A stretch of 64,000 nt of DNA from Trueperaceae bacterium (lineage in GTDB: Bacteria; Deinococcota; Deinococci; Deinococcales; Trueperaceae): contig OZ243927.1 in NCBI GenBank assembly GCA_965213925.1, positions 2,944,001-3,008,000 of the forward strand, given 5' to 3'. The notes beneath the pieces are model-generated. The model saw nothing but the letters and a program-made list of their open reading frames with translations. It ran no database searches and was not told where the DNA came from. Numbering within the stretch: the first letter of the stretch is position 1; each line of letters begins with the position of its first letter. Positions 1 to 9,007 of this stretch are shown here, piece after piece. Made by a program: the position numbers and the translations under genes.

Positions 1-249
1 AACGACGGACGCTACGGCTTCGACGCCTCCACGAGCGAGTTCGTGGACGACATGATCAAAGCCGGCATCGTCGACCCCGCCAAAGTGACCCGCACGGCGC
101 TGCAAAACGCCGCGTCCATCGGCGGACTCTTGCTCACCACCGAAGCGGTCATCGCCGACAAGCCCGAGAAAGAAGACTCCATGCCCGCTGGTGGCGGCGA
201 CATGGGTGGTATGGGCGGCATGGGTGGCATGGGCGGTATGGGCTTCTAA
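1..249 (+). CDS. groEL: Chaperonin GroEL, C-terminal part (gene starts before the window)
   Basis: Frame 1 reads YGFDA...[32 protein letters not shown] and ends in the typical GGM-repeat tail. Confidence 0.98.
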   Translation, partial: NDGRYGFDASTSEFVDDMIKAGIVDPAKVTRTALQNAASIGGLLLTTEAVIADKPEKEDSMPAGGGDMGGMGGMGGMGGMGF

Positions 250-277
250 GGGAAGCTTCGTTCAAAGTTATCCGAAC

Positions 278-315
278 AGAGAGAAGGAGCGGCGCAAGTG
301 CCGCTCCTTCTCTCT
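278..315. terminator. Probable bidirectional intrinsic terminator after groEL
   Basis: 16-bp inverted repeat AGAGAGAAGGAGCGGC / GCCGCTCCTTCTCTCT between convergent genes. Confidence 0.8.
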
Positions 316-335
316 TATCTTGACTTTCGAAGAAG

Positions 336-860
336 TCAATCGGACTCTGGGCCACGTCGGTAGAGAAACCAGTTGCCCTCAATGTGACGAAAAACTAATC
401 CGCCATGATCTACTTTATTCAAATTCTCGTCACGGACATAGCGCCAACTTGGGTCGGCAAGATATGCATACCCTTTTTGTTCACCGGAATCATAGCTGTT
501 CATATACACTGTAAGCGCGTCGTTTATCCATCTTTGGTCCACTGAGATTCTAATGATTCCTAAGCGCTTAAACTGGTTTCGCATTTCTTCTATTTGTGTA
601 TTGTCAAGAGGGGGAACATAGCTGCTGTGTCTCTGTTCCCAATCTAAATTCAATGTGTTATCAGGCCATTCATCAACTTTTTCAAAAAGTGCTTCAAATT
701 CCTCTTCATGTTCGTGAAAGTGGCGAACCATATTGCTATCGGTTGGTAATCGTCTTCCGAACGAATCTAAAAACATAAGCGCGAAGACGTTCATAGCTAC
801 ATACGTAAGCAAAAGCACAAGGCATACAACTAGAAATTTCTCGTAGCGCGTGAAACTCAC
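336..860 (-). CDS. Hypothetical protein with N-terminal membrane anchor
   Basis: 174-aa ORF with GTG start, hydrophobic N-terminal helix, visibly AT-richer than its neighbours. Confidence 0.65.
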   Translation of the reverse strand: MSFTRYEKFLVVCLVLLLTYVAMNVFALMFLDSFGRRLPTDSNMVRHFHEHEEEFEALFEKVDEWPDNTLNLDWEQRHSSYVPPLDNTQIEEMRNQFKRLGIIRISVDQRWINDALTVYMNSYDSGEQKGYAYLADPSWRYVRDENLNKVDHGGLVFRHIEGNWFLYRRGPESD

Positions 861-948
861 TAACCCACTTTAGAGTTAGCAAGACGCAAACAGCGTGCAA
901 GGCTCACCGCCTCGCCTCCTTACCGTCTTTCTGTGAAGACATCCCACA

Positions 949-990
949 TTGCACCTATCGCTAAAGTTATGTACACTTATGTACATAACT
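949..990 (+). promoter_or_regulatory. Sigma70 promoter overlapped by the TA autorepression operator
   Basis: TTGCAC(949-954)-N17-TACACT(972-977); perfect 11-bp inverted repeat AGTTATGTACA-N4-TGTACATAACT (965-990) just before the AGGAGG RBS. Confidence 0.75.
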
Positions 991-999
991 AGGAGGATT

Positions 1000-1278
1000 A
1001 TGATTGCTTCAGATAAGGTTAAAGCGGTTGGCGTAAAAGAGTTTAGAGATAACCTCGCCGAGCACCTCCTGGCGGATACGCCTATCGCAGTGACTAAACA
1101 CGGGCTTACAGTGGGCTACTATATTCCGACACATCACCCTGTCACGTCAGACGATAAGCGCAGTTTGAAAGAGGTGACGGAACGACTGAGCCAACTCTTA
1201 GAAGCGCAGGGACTCGAGCCCGAAACGCTCATCCGAGCTGCGCAGGAGCTTAGGAAGAAGGACAAGCAGGCTGCGTGA
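1000..1278 (+). CDS. Phd/YefM-family antitoxin
   Basis: ATG 1000 after AGGAGG; VGVKEFRDNLAEHL...PIAVTKHGLTVGYYIP is the Phd DNA-binding pattern; GTGA overlap with the PIN gene. Confidence 0.85.
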   Translation: MIASDKVKAVGVKEFRDNLAEHLLADTPIAVTKHGLTVGYYIPTHHPVTSDDKRSLKEVTERLSQLLEAQGLEPETLIRAAQELRKKDKQAA

Positions 1279-1715
1279 GTAAGCGCCTTGTTCTGGATGC
1301 GAATATCCTCATCCGCGCGGTTTTAGGTACACACGCTTCAAGGTTGATAGAGGAATACGCGAGTAGCACGAGCTTTTTAACGGCTGATGAAGCCTTTGAG
1401 GGTGCGGCGAAATACGTTCCCGGCATCCTTACGAAGTCTGGCGGCAACGAAGAGGTAGCGGACGCTGCACTCAGCAAGCTCGAGCGATTGGGACGCCTTA
1501 TTCAAACTATCCCGGTTGATAATTTAGCAGCGTACGAAGCGGAGGCGCGAGAACGCCTCAAGCGGCGCGATGAGGAGGACTGGCCCTATCTAGCCCTCGC
1601 CGAAATGTTCGACTGTCCTATTTGGACCGAAGATACCGACTTTTTCGGAACTGGGGTAGCGGTGTGGACAAGTGGTAACGTTGAGCTTTTTTTGAAACGC
1701 TCGAGGCGTTTCTAA
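1275..1715 (+). CDS. PIN-domain (VapC-like) toxin
   Basis: LVLDANIL N-terminal motif, RDEEDWPYLALA and IWTEDTDF acidic PIN motifs. Confidence 0.9.
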   Translation: MSKRLVLDANILIRAVLGTHASRLIEEYASSTSFLTADEAFEGAAKYVPGILTKSGGNEEVADAALSKLERLGRLIQTIPVDNLAAYEAEARERLKRRDEEDWPYLALAEMFDCPIWTEDTDFFGTGVAVWTSGNVELFLKRSRRF

Positions 1716-1752
1716 AGCAAGTCGCGTGAATAGTTTCTTAAACCACCGGTCC

Positions 1753-2811
1753 CTATACAACAGGTAAGGTCATCATCGCCTGAATACTCACCTGCCCCGC
1801 CAGCGTCCGCGCCGCACTTCTGAGCGCCTTCGCGTCCGGGCTCTCCGGCTCGGCAATGACGAGAGGTTGCCCCTGATCGCCACTCTCGCGCATCCGCCGC
1901 GTGACGGGAATCTCACCGAGAAGCGCCAGCTTCTCCTCCTTAGCAAACGCCGCCGCGCCCCCTTCGCCGAAGATGTAGTCGCGGGTGCCGTCGGGCAGCG
2001 CGTAGTACGACATGTTCTCGACAACGCCCAGAATCGGCGTGTGCAACTTGCGGAGCATCGTGTAGGCGCGGCGCACGTCCATCAGCGCGACGTCCTGCGG
2101 GGTAGTAACGAGCACTGCGCCCGTTAAGGGGACGAGTTGCGACAAGGAGAGCTGCACGTCTCCCGTGCCGGGCGGCAAATCTACGATGAGGTAGTCGAGT
2201 TCGCCCCACACGGTCTGCTTGAGGAGCTGCGTGAGCGTGCCGTGGAGGATAGGACCGCGCCAGGTGAGGGCTTGTCCGTCTTGAACGAGGTTCGCGATCG
2301 AGATGACTTTGACGCCGTAGTTGCGGAGGGGAATGATGTTCTTTTCGTCGTCCGCCATAAGGCGTTTGCCCTCAACGGCGAACATTTTGGCTTGGCTGGG
2401 ACCGTAGATGTCGGCGTCTAACAGACCGACTTTGGCACCTTCTAGCGCCAAGCTCGCTGCCAAATTTGCTGCCACCGTGGACTTGCCTACGCCACCCTTG
2501 CCCGAGCCCACCGCGATCACGTTTTTCACGCCGGGCAGCTCATTATTTTGCGCGCTCCGCACCTGCGAGCCGAAGGTAATGTCTACGCGCTCGACACCCA
2601 GGTATTTCAAGAGCGCCGCTTTGATGTCGGCTTCGATCTTTCCTTTGAGGGGGCACGCCGGAGTGGTGAGATCGATCTTGAGGGCAACAGCCTCCCCCTG
2701 GATGTCAACCTCTTTGACCATGCCCAGGGAAACGAGGTCCTTATGAAGTTCGGGGTCGTCCACCGTGCGCAGGGCTCGGATAACTGCGGCTTCGTCGATT
2801 GCATTTGTCAT
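1753..2811 (-). CDS. mrp: Mrp/NBP35 Fe-S cluster carrier ATPase with N-terminal FeS-assembly (DUF59) domain
   Basis: DPELHKDLVSLGMV and TTPACP; GKGGVGKST deviant Walker A; DADIYGPS, DLPPGTGD, GVVENMS. Confidence 0.95.
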   Translation of the reverse strand: MTNAIDEAAVIRALRTVDDPELHKDLVSLGMVKEVDIQGEAVALKIDLTTPACPLKGKIEADIKAALLKYLGVERVDITFGSQVRSAQNNELPGVKNVIAVGSGKGGVGKSTVAANLAASLALEGAKVGLLDADIYGPSQAKMFAVEGKRLMADDEKNIIPLRNYGVKVISIANLVQDGQALTWRGPILHGTLTQLLKQTVWGELDYLIVDLPPGTGDVQLSLSQLVPLTGAVLVTTPQDVALMDVRRAYTMLRKLHTPILGVVENMSYYALPDGTRDYIFGEGGAAAFAKEEKLALLGEIPVTRRMRESGDQGQPLVIAEPESPDAKALRSAARTLAGQVSIQAMMTLPVV

Positions 2812-2981
2812 AGGTCAAGCGTAGCAACTTGGGAAGGGGTTCACAAGGGTTGAGATGACACCCTAGAATATCTTCAGCATTCAAGCTCATGTACAGGCGG
2901 AGCGGCGCGCCGAGATCACAGGCGAGAGCCCGCGCTGACTTCGGCCCTGCTGCTGAAGTCAGCTTCAGCAGCCATTACCCT

Positions 2982-4022
2982 TTACGGCTCGTGTACCTTA
3001 ATCATCACCTTCACCGCTCCATCCGTTCCCTCTTCGGCATACTCAAATCCTTTATGCGTCTCCTCGAAGGGAAAGCGGTGCGTAATCATCGGCGTGAGGT
3101 CCACTGCGCCGGAGGCTAAAAGGTTGATGGCGGCAGGATAGGTGTAGACGTAGCGAAAAATCCCTTTGAGGTCGAGTTCTTTAGTCGCGAGTTCGACCAT
3201 CGGCACGTTGTAGTGCTCGGCGTCGCCTAAACCGACCACGACAACCGTGCCACCTCTCGCCGCCGCACTGAGGCAATCGTTAAGCGCGACCTCGGCCCCA
3301 GCGCATTCGATGGCTAAATCGACGCCGCGCCCGTTCGTTTGCGCGCGGATGACCTCTCGAGTCTCCTCCTGTACCGCGTTTACGACCGTCGTCGCGCCCA
3401 TCTGTTTGGCAATGTCTAAACGAGCGTCCCGCACGTCACTGATGATAAGGTTCGTCGCGCCCGCAGCTTTGGCAGCCGCTAACGAGGTCAGCCCGATGGG
3501 ACCCGCGCCCGCAATAAAGACGCTCTGTCCCGCCTGAAGATTGCCACGCCGACAAGCGTGAATGCCCACTGAAAGAGGTTCGATTAAAGCAGCTTCGTCT
3601 AAGCTTATGGAATCGGGGATTTTGTAGGCGAAGTCGGCAGGAGACACGGCGTATTCGGATAAAGCGCCGTCAACGGGTGGGGTGGCGAAGAATACGACAT
3701 CGGGGCAGAGGTTGTAGCGCCCTGTTTTGCACCACTCACAGCGGCGGCAGGGGACGCCGGGCTCTAAAGCCACCCTATCCCCCACTTGCAAAGAGGTCAC
3801 GTTCTCCCCCACCTCCGCCACTACGCCTGCCACCTCATGCCCCAAAATCATCGGCTCCTCAACGACAAAATCGCCGATGCGCCCGGTGCGCAAATAGTGA
3901 ACGTCCGAGCCGCACACGCCCACCGAACGGATGGCGACACGCACATCGTCGGGACCGAAGTCGGGGGTGGGGACGTCCTCGAGGCGCAAATCCCGCGCTT
4001 GGTGTAAAACGGCTGCTTTCAT
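2982..4022 (-). CDS. Zn-dependent NAD+ polyol dehydrogenase (sorbitol/xylitol dehydrogenase family)
   Basis: Start trimmed to MKAAVL; CGSDVHY, GHE, CxxCxxC-x7-C structural Zn site, GAGPIG, FRY motif. Confidence 0.92.
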   Translation of the reverse strand: MKAAVLHQARDLRLEDVPTPDFGPDDVRVAIRSVGVCGSDVHYLRTGRIGDFVVEEPMILGHEVAGVVAEVGENVTSLQVGDRVALEPGVPCRRCEWCKTGRYNLCPDVVFFATPPVDGALSEYAVSPADFAYKIPDSISLDEAALIEPLSVGIHACRRGNLQAGQSVFIAGAGPIGLTSLAAAKAAGATNLIISDVRDARLDIAKQMGATTVVNAVQEETREVIRAQTNGRGVDLAIECAGAEVALNDCLSAAARGGTVVVVGLGDAEHYNVPMVELATKELDLKGIFRYVYTYPAAINLLASGAVDLTPMITHRFPFEETHKGFEYAEEGTDGAVKVMIKVHEP

Positions 4023-4144
4023 GATACTGACCTTTCGTAAAATAGGTGTAGAGATTGTGTTCAAGTTCTACTGTGTGGCTCTTAGCTTTTAGCCATTAGC
4101 TCAACCTCTTTGAATTTTGCGCTCTCATCTTTTTTAGAGAGCGG

Positions 4145-4174
4145 CGTAGGGGCGATTCATGAATCGCCCCTACG
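4145..4174. repeat. GTAG-type REP palindrome, copy 1
   Basis: Perfect 30-bp palindrome CGTAGGGGCGATTCATGAATCGCCCCTACG, identical to 7232-7261. Confidence 0.85.
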
Positions 4175-4368
4175 CTACAACATTTGCCCCTTTCTCCCTC
4201 TTTGCGTTTGAGTCGTCTTTCTCCTTTAGAAGGTTGCTCGAGAGACTTTCTGGAACACTTCCAGCGTGGTCTACCCATACTAGCTTTTGACTTTGCTAAA
4301 AGCTAGTATCTAACAGCTTCATCTACAGAACACCTTAACTCACATACAACCACTTATCGCCGACACAC

Positions 4369-5382
4369 CTACCCTAAATCAAACTGCACTTTCATCCGCT
4401 CCGGGTCGTTCTCGGCTAAATCCAACCCTTTTCGAAAATCTTGCACGCCGAGCGCGTGAGAGACGAGCGGTTCAACCTGAATCGCGCCGCCTTGAATGAG
4501 GGCAATCGCCTCGTGAAAGGTCTTATTGAGCGCGAACGAGCCGATGATTTTGAGGTCTTTACGGAACACGTCAAAGGGGCTGAACGTGGCGGTGGAGCCG
4601 TCCGGGGCGACGCCGAAGACCCAGACTTTACCGCCAGGGCGCACAAAGTCGAAGCTCTGCTCTAAGACTTTAGGAACCCCCGTCGCGTCCGCCACCACGT
4701 CAAAACCGTGCGGAACGAGTGAGCCAAACGTGTCTTGCGTGAGCTTGTCGGCGTGAATGGCGGCGTTTGCGCCTAGTGATTCGGCGAGTTCTAAGCGCCA
4801 CGGGTCTTTATCCACCATCGCGACGTACGCCGCGCCCGCTCGCTGAACCGCCTGCATCATCAAAAGTCCCATCGGACCTGCGCCGAAAATCAGCATTCGG
4901 TCTCCGGCTTGAAGCTGGACCTGTTGGAGACCCCAAACCACGCAGGCAAGAGGTTCGACTAGGGCGGCACCCGCGAAGGACATCTCGCCGACGCTGTACA
5001 CGGCGCTTTCAGGCGCGGACACGTAGCCCGCGAACGCGCCCGCGCGGGTCACGCCGATGACCTCTAAGTTGAGGCACTGGTTAAACTGCCGCTGCTGACA
5101 AAAGACGCAGCGGTAACAAGGGAGGTTCGGGTCGGCGGTGACGCGCTCGCCAACCTGGAAGTTTTGAACGTCGTCACCGACTGCCGCGACGACGCCGCTC
5201 AGTTCGTGTCCTGGCGTTACGGGATACTGCGCAACGGAGTACGAGCCGTGCCAGATGTGCAAATCTGTGCCGCAGATGCCCGCACGTTTCACGTCAATGA
5301 GGACGTCGTTCGGACCGATGTCGGGCGTGTCTTTCTCGAAGACTCGAGCCTCGTTCGGCGAAGAAATCTCAGCGGCAATCAC
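4369..5382 (-). CDS. Zn-dependent alcohol/polyol dehydrogenase (MDR family)
   Basis: CGTDLHI, GHE, CxxCxxC-x7-C, GAGPMG; overlaps the upstream permease stop. Confidence 0.9.
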   Translation of the reverse strand: MIAAEISSPNEARVFEKDTPDIGPNDVLIDVKRAGICGTDLHIWHGSYSVAQYPVTPGHELSGVVAAVGDDVQNFQVGERVTADPNLPCYRCVFCQQRQFNQCLNLEVIGVTRAGAFAGYVSAPESAVYSVGEMSFAGAALVEPLACVVWGLQQVQLQAGDRMLIFGAGPMGLLMMQAVQRAGAAYVAMVDKDPWRLELAESLGANAAIHADKLTQDTFGSLVPHGFDVVADATGVPKVLEQSFDFVRPGGKVWVFGVAPDGSTATFSPFDVFRKDLKIIGSFALNKTFHEAIALIQGGAIQVEPLVSHALGVQDFRKGLDLAENDPERMKVQFDLG

Positions 5383-6209
5383 TTGATGGCTCCCATCGTC
5401 AAACCTGAAACGAGCTGGCGTTGGGCAATCCAGCCCACAATAAGCACAGGAATGACCGCCGCCGTAGACGCCGCCGACATTTTAGCGAGGAACAAATTAC
5501 CTTGCGCCGCCTTGAAGGTCGAGACGTAGACCGAGAGGGGTGAAGCGTCGCGAGAAGTCAGGTTGACCGCTAAAAAGAACTCGTTCCAGGTGAAAATGAC
5601 GCAGAGGAGCGCGGTCGCCGCCAAACCGGGGATAAGAAGCGGCATGATGACGCGCATGAATTCCTGCCACAAGTTTGCGCCATCCAGCCGCGCCGCTTCG
5701 ATAATCTCGTACGGGACATCCAACATAAACGAGCGCATCATCCATATCACCAGCGGCAGATTCATCCCCGCGTAGAGAAGGATCATCCCTAAGTGCGTGT
5801 CGAGCAGGTTGAACTGCAAGAACAGCACGTACAGAGGCACGATGATGCCCGCAGGCGGCAGCATCCGCGTGGACATAATCCAGAGCAGCGAGGCGTCGGT
5901 GCGCTTGGTTGGATAAAACGCCATCGCGTAGGCGGCGGGGATGCCGAGCAGGAGCGCTAAGAGAATCGAGAACGCGGTGATGATGACCGTGTTGCCCAGG
6001 TATTCCATGAAGGGCGAGTTAAAGAGCGCGTTTTGCCAGTTCGCCAGCGTCGGCTCGAAGAAGATGGGCGGCGGAAACTGAATCGCGAGGGTTTCGGTCT
6101 TAAACGACGTTAGCGCCATCCACAGAATCGGAAAGAACATCAGGAAGGCTAGGAATAAGGTTAAAACCGAAAGGGCGTGTCCATAGAGTTTTCTGCGGCT
6201 CAAGTTCAT
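5379..6209 (-). CDS. Carbohydrate ABC permease (SmoG/MtlG-like polyol transporter)
   Basis: EAARLDGA EAA motif, six TM segments, QRQLVSGLTMGAIK end. Confidence 0.93.
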   Translation of the reverse strand: MNLSRRKLYGHALSVLTLFLAFLMFFPILWMALTSFKTETLAIQFPPPIFFEPTLANWQNALFNSPFMEYLGNTVIITAFSILLALLLGIPAAYAMAFYPTKRTDASLLWIMSTRMLPPAGIIVPLYVLFLQFNLLDTHLGMILLYAGMNLPLVIWMMRSFMLDVPYEIIEAARLDGANLWQEFMRVIMPLLIPGLAATALLCVIFTWNEFFLAVNLTSRDASPLSVYVSTFKAAQGNLFLAKMSAASTAAVIPVLIVGWIAQRQLVSGLTMGAIK

Positions 6210-7141
6210 GCGCCGACTCCTTCCTCATCTGAGTTACGTAACACTTGCAAGAATGCCAGGATGACGAAATTCGCTAAAATCACCGCGAACACCCCGTAGG
6301 CGCTGGCGCGTCCGACGTTTTGGCGCGAGAACGCCTCCAAGAAAATCTGATACGGCAAGTTCGTCGATTGCAACCCAGGTCCGCCCGAGGTCGTCACGAA
6401 GATCGCGCCGAACACGCTCAGGATGAAGATGGTCTCTAAGAGCAGCGCGATTTCGATAAAGCGCTTTAAGTGCGGCAAGATGATGTGACGAAACATGCTA
6501 AAGCCGCTCGCCCCGTCAATCCGCGCCGCCTCCACCGTCGAGTCGGGCAGAGACTGGAGCCCCGCCAAGAGAATCAGCATTACGAAAGGAATCCATTGCC
6601 ACGACACGATGCCGATAATCGTCGCCATCGGAAAAGATTGCAGCGCGTAGAAGTTCTGCACGCCGAAGAGTCCGAAAAACCAGGAGAGGAGCCCGAACGA
6701 AGGGTCTAAGAGGAGGTTTTTCCACAAGACCGCCGCCGCGACGGGCATCATCAAGAAGGGCGAGATGAGGAGTGTGCGAGCCAAGGCACGTCCGGGGAAG
6801 GGACGGTTTAAGAGCAGCGCGAAGGCGAGCCCAATGACGAAGGTAATGACGACAACGGACAGCGTAAGATAGAGCGTGTTCCATAAGACATAGTAGAAAT
6901 CCGAGTTTGTGAGGATGCGCCGGTAGTTGAGCCAGAGCCTATCCCAACCGATAAAGCCTGTGCTGGTAGGGCGTAAGAGGTTCCAGTTCGTAAAAGAATA
7001 GTAGATTGCCAGCGCGAAGGGAACCTGCGTCATCAGGATGAGGAATAAGATGCCGGGGGAGGACAGATACTTGCGGCGTTCCCGTTTGGCTGTATCCGAG
7101 GTCGAGGCTTGCTTGTTTTGCTTGAGGGTCGTACTCGCCAT
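6206..7141 (-). CDS. Carbohydrate ABC permease (SmoF/MtlF-like)
   Basis: ATG 7141 after GAGGAG RBS; EAARIDGA; WQWIPF and TTSGGPG motifs. Confidence 0.93.
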   Translation of the reverse strand: MASTTLKQNKQASTSDTAKRERRKYLSSPGILFLILMTQVPFALAIYYSFTNWNLLRPTSTGFIGWDRLWLNYRRILTNSDFYYVLWNTLYLTLSVVVITFVIGLAFALLLNRPFPGRALARTLLISPFLMMPVAAAVLWKNLLLDPSFGLLSWFFGLFGVQNFYALQSFPMATIIGIVSWQWIPFVMLILLAGLQSLPDSTVEAARIDGASGFSMFRHIILPHLKRFIEIALLLETIFILSVFGAIFVTTSGGPGLQSTNLPYQIFLEAFSRQNVGRASAYGVFAVILANFVILAFLQVLRNSDEEGVGA

Positions 7142-7231
7142 GAGGTCTCCTCTCGAGGTGGCGGACACGTGCGCGTTCGAGATGATGTAGAGCGGTGGTT
7201 TTGTTAGGCATGTGTTAGCTGTTGAGTGCGG

Positions 7232-7261
7232 CGTAGGGGCGATTCATGAATCGCCCCTACG
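7232..7261. repeat. GTAG-type REP palindrome, copy 2
   Basis: Identical to 4145-4174; lies between the binding-protein and permease genes. Confidence 0.85.
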
Positions 7262-7344
7262 ACATTTGCCTCTTTCTGCAATTTTTCTAGCGTCGTCTAT
7301 CACTACGCACTTTACGAACTAGAGTGAACCTTTAGCGTCGTTCC

Positions 7345-8655
7345 TTAGTAATAGCCCGCATCCTGCATCGTCTGAGCGGCGGACTCCTGCGCCCGCTCTA
7401 AACCCTGTTCGACGCTCGTGTTGCCCGAGAGAATCGCGGCGACGGTCTGCGCCACGTCGTTACCGATGCCCTGGAATTCAGGAATCTGCACGAACTGGAC
7501 GCCCGGCGCAATCTGCGGCTCGGCGGTGGCGTTGGCGGGCTCGGCGCTTTGGATCGACTGTAAGACTAAAGGCGCAAAGGGCGCGGCTTCGGTGTAGCTG
7601 GAGTTCTCGTAGGTCGAGGTGCGCGTGCCTGGTGGGACAGCCGCCCAACCTCTCTCTTCAGCCACTAAGTTAATGTATTCCTGTGAGGTCGCCCAGGTCA
7701 TGAACTTGAAGGCGGCTTCTTGGGCGTCGCTCGAGGCGGGAATCCCCAAGTTCCAAGACCAGAGCCAAGCGTTGCCTGTGTCCACCGGACCCACGGGCGC
7801 TAAGGCGTAGGCGAATTGGTCGCCGATGTCCGAGCTTGCCAAGAAGCCCGCAGCCACCGTCGCGTCCACCCACATCGCCACTTGCCCGGAGGTCATGAGC
7901 TGGAGCGATTCGGTGAAGCTGATGCCCGTCACACCGGGCGCACCGCAGTCTTGCACTAAGTCGCGGTAAAAGGTCAGCGCTTCTTGCCATTCGGGGGAGT
8001 CGATTTGCGGCTCGCCCTCCTTGTTAAACCACTGTCCGCCAAAGGTGTTGACTACCGTCGTAATCGGAGCCATGTTGTCGCCCCAGCCCGGCTTACCGCG
8101 CAGCGCGATGCCGTAGACGCCATTTTGCGGGTCGTGGAGCTGACAGGCGAGGTCGCGAATCTCTTGCCAGGTCGGTTGTTCGGGCATCGTAAGCCCGGCT
8201 TCTTCGAACATCTGCTGGTTGTACATCGTGAAGCTCGACTCGGCGTAGAAGGGCAGGGCGTAGAGTTCGTCCTCGTAGGTGAGCATATCGGTCACGGCGG
8301 GCAAGAGGTCGTCGAAGTTGTAGTCTCCTGCTACGTCCGAGTACTCCTCCTCGAGCTGGTCAACCGAGACGATCCAGTCGTTCGCTGCCCAGAGCGGCAC
8401 TTCGTACGCGCCCACTGTCACGAGGTCAAACGAACCGCTGCCTGTTGCCACGTCGGTGGTGAGGCGGCTGCGGAGCGTGCCTTCGTCTAAAAAGAGCCAC
8501 TCGAGCGCAATATCCGGGTTTTGCTCCGTGAAGTTGCTGCTGAGTTCTTGCATCGTGACCATGTCGGGGTTGTTGACCGAGGCAATAGTGATGGTCGTTT
8601 GCGCCGAAGCGGTCATACCGAGCGCAAAGAGCAGGGCGAATAAGACTTTTTGCAT
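7345..8655 (-). CDS. Polyol (sorbitol/mannitol) ABC substrate-binding protein, SmoE/MtlE-like
   Basis: Signal peptide; ASVNNPDM, PFYAESS, LRGKPGWGDN, WVDATVAAG, WLWSW, PPGTR motifs. Confidence 0.9.
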   Translation of the reverse strand: MQKVLFALLFALGMTASAQTTITIASVNNPDMVTMQELSSNFTEQNPDIALEWLFLDEGTLRSRLTTDVATGSGSFDLVTVGAYEVPLWAANDWIVSVDQLEEEYSDVAGDYNFDDLLPAVTDMLTYEDELYALPFYAESSFTMYNQQMFEEAGLTMPEQPTWQEIRDLACQLHDPQNGVYGIALRGKPGWGDNMAPITTVVNTFGGQWFNKEGEPQIDSPEWQEALTFYRDLVQDCGAPGVTGISFTESLQLMTSGQVAMWVDATVAAGFLASSDIGDQFAYALAPVGPVDTGNAWLWSWNLGIPASSDAQEAAFKFMTWATSQEYINLVAEERGWAAVPPGTRTSTYENSSYTEAAPFAPLVLQSIQSAEPANATAEPQIAPGVQFVQIPEFQGIGNDVAQTVAAILSGNTSVEQGLERAQESAAQTMQDAGYY

Positions 8656-8735
8656 CGAGTTCCTCCAGAATTTAGCTTGAGAGCAGGCTTACTGTTGAGG
8701 GCATTTCTTTAGCAGGACGAGCGAGAATTTGGACG

Positions 8736-8751
8736 ATGGACACGTGACCAT
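8736..8751. promoter_or_regulatory. Putative LacI-family operator O2
   Basis: ATGGACACGTGACCAT, CG-centred palindrome matching the two other sites nearby. Confidence 0.65.
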
Positions 8752-8858
8752 TTTGAGCGATAGAACCTCCTCTGATAGATTTTGACCGAAGCGTGAGCGG
8801 CAAATCTCCGAACTTCACTATGCGCTCGCGAAGACGGCGGTTGTTAATTTTCTAACCC

Positions 8859-8878
8859 TAATGGTCTCGTGTCCATTA
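8859..8878. promoter_or_regulatory. Putative LacI-family operator O1
   Basis: TAATGGTCTCGTGTCCATTA, imperfect CG-centred palindrome in the divergent intergenic region. Confidence 0.7.
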
Positions 8879-8985
8879 CTATAGTACAACGTTATACTCT
8901 TTGTCAATACTAGGGGCAGACTCCATGCTTAGTGATGCGTTTCGGCGGCAAAGAAAGTCTTGCATTAGGCGTTCTACACACATTC

Positions 8986-9007
8986 TGCTATACTGGTCTC
9001 GTGTCCA
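8986..9007 (+). promoter_or_regulatory. Leaderless extended -10 promoter and operator O3 over the regulator start codon
   Basis: TGCTATACT (-10 at 8989-8994), 6 nt before GTG 9001; TGGTCTCGTGTCCA at 8994-9007. Confidence 0.65.

Noticed and set aside
181..246. GGCATGGGT/GGCATGGGC tandem repeats
   Set aside because: They encode the normal GGM tail of GroEL
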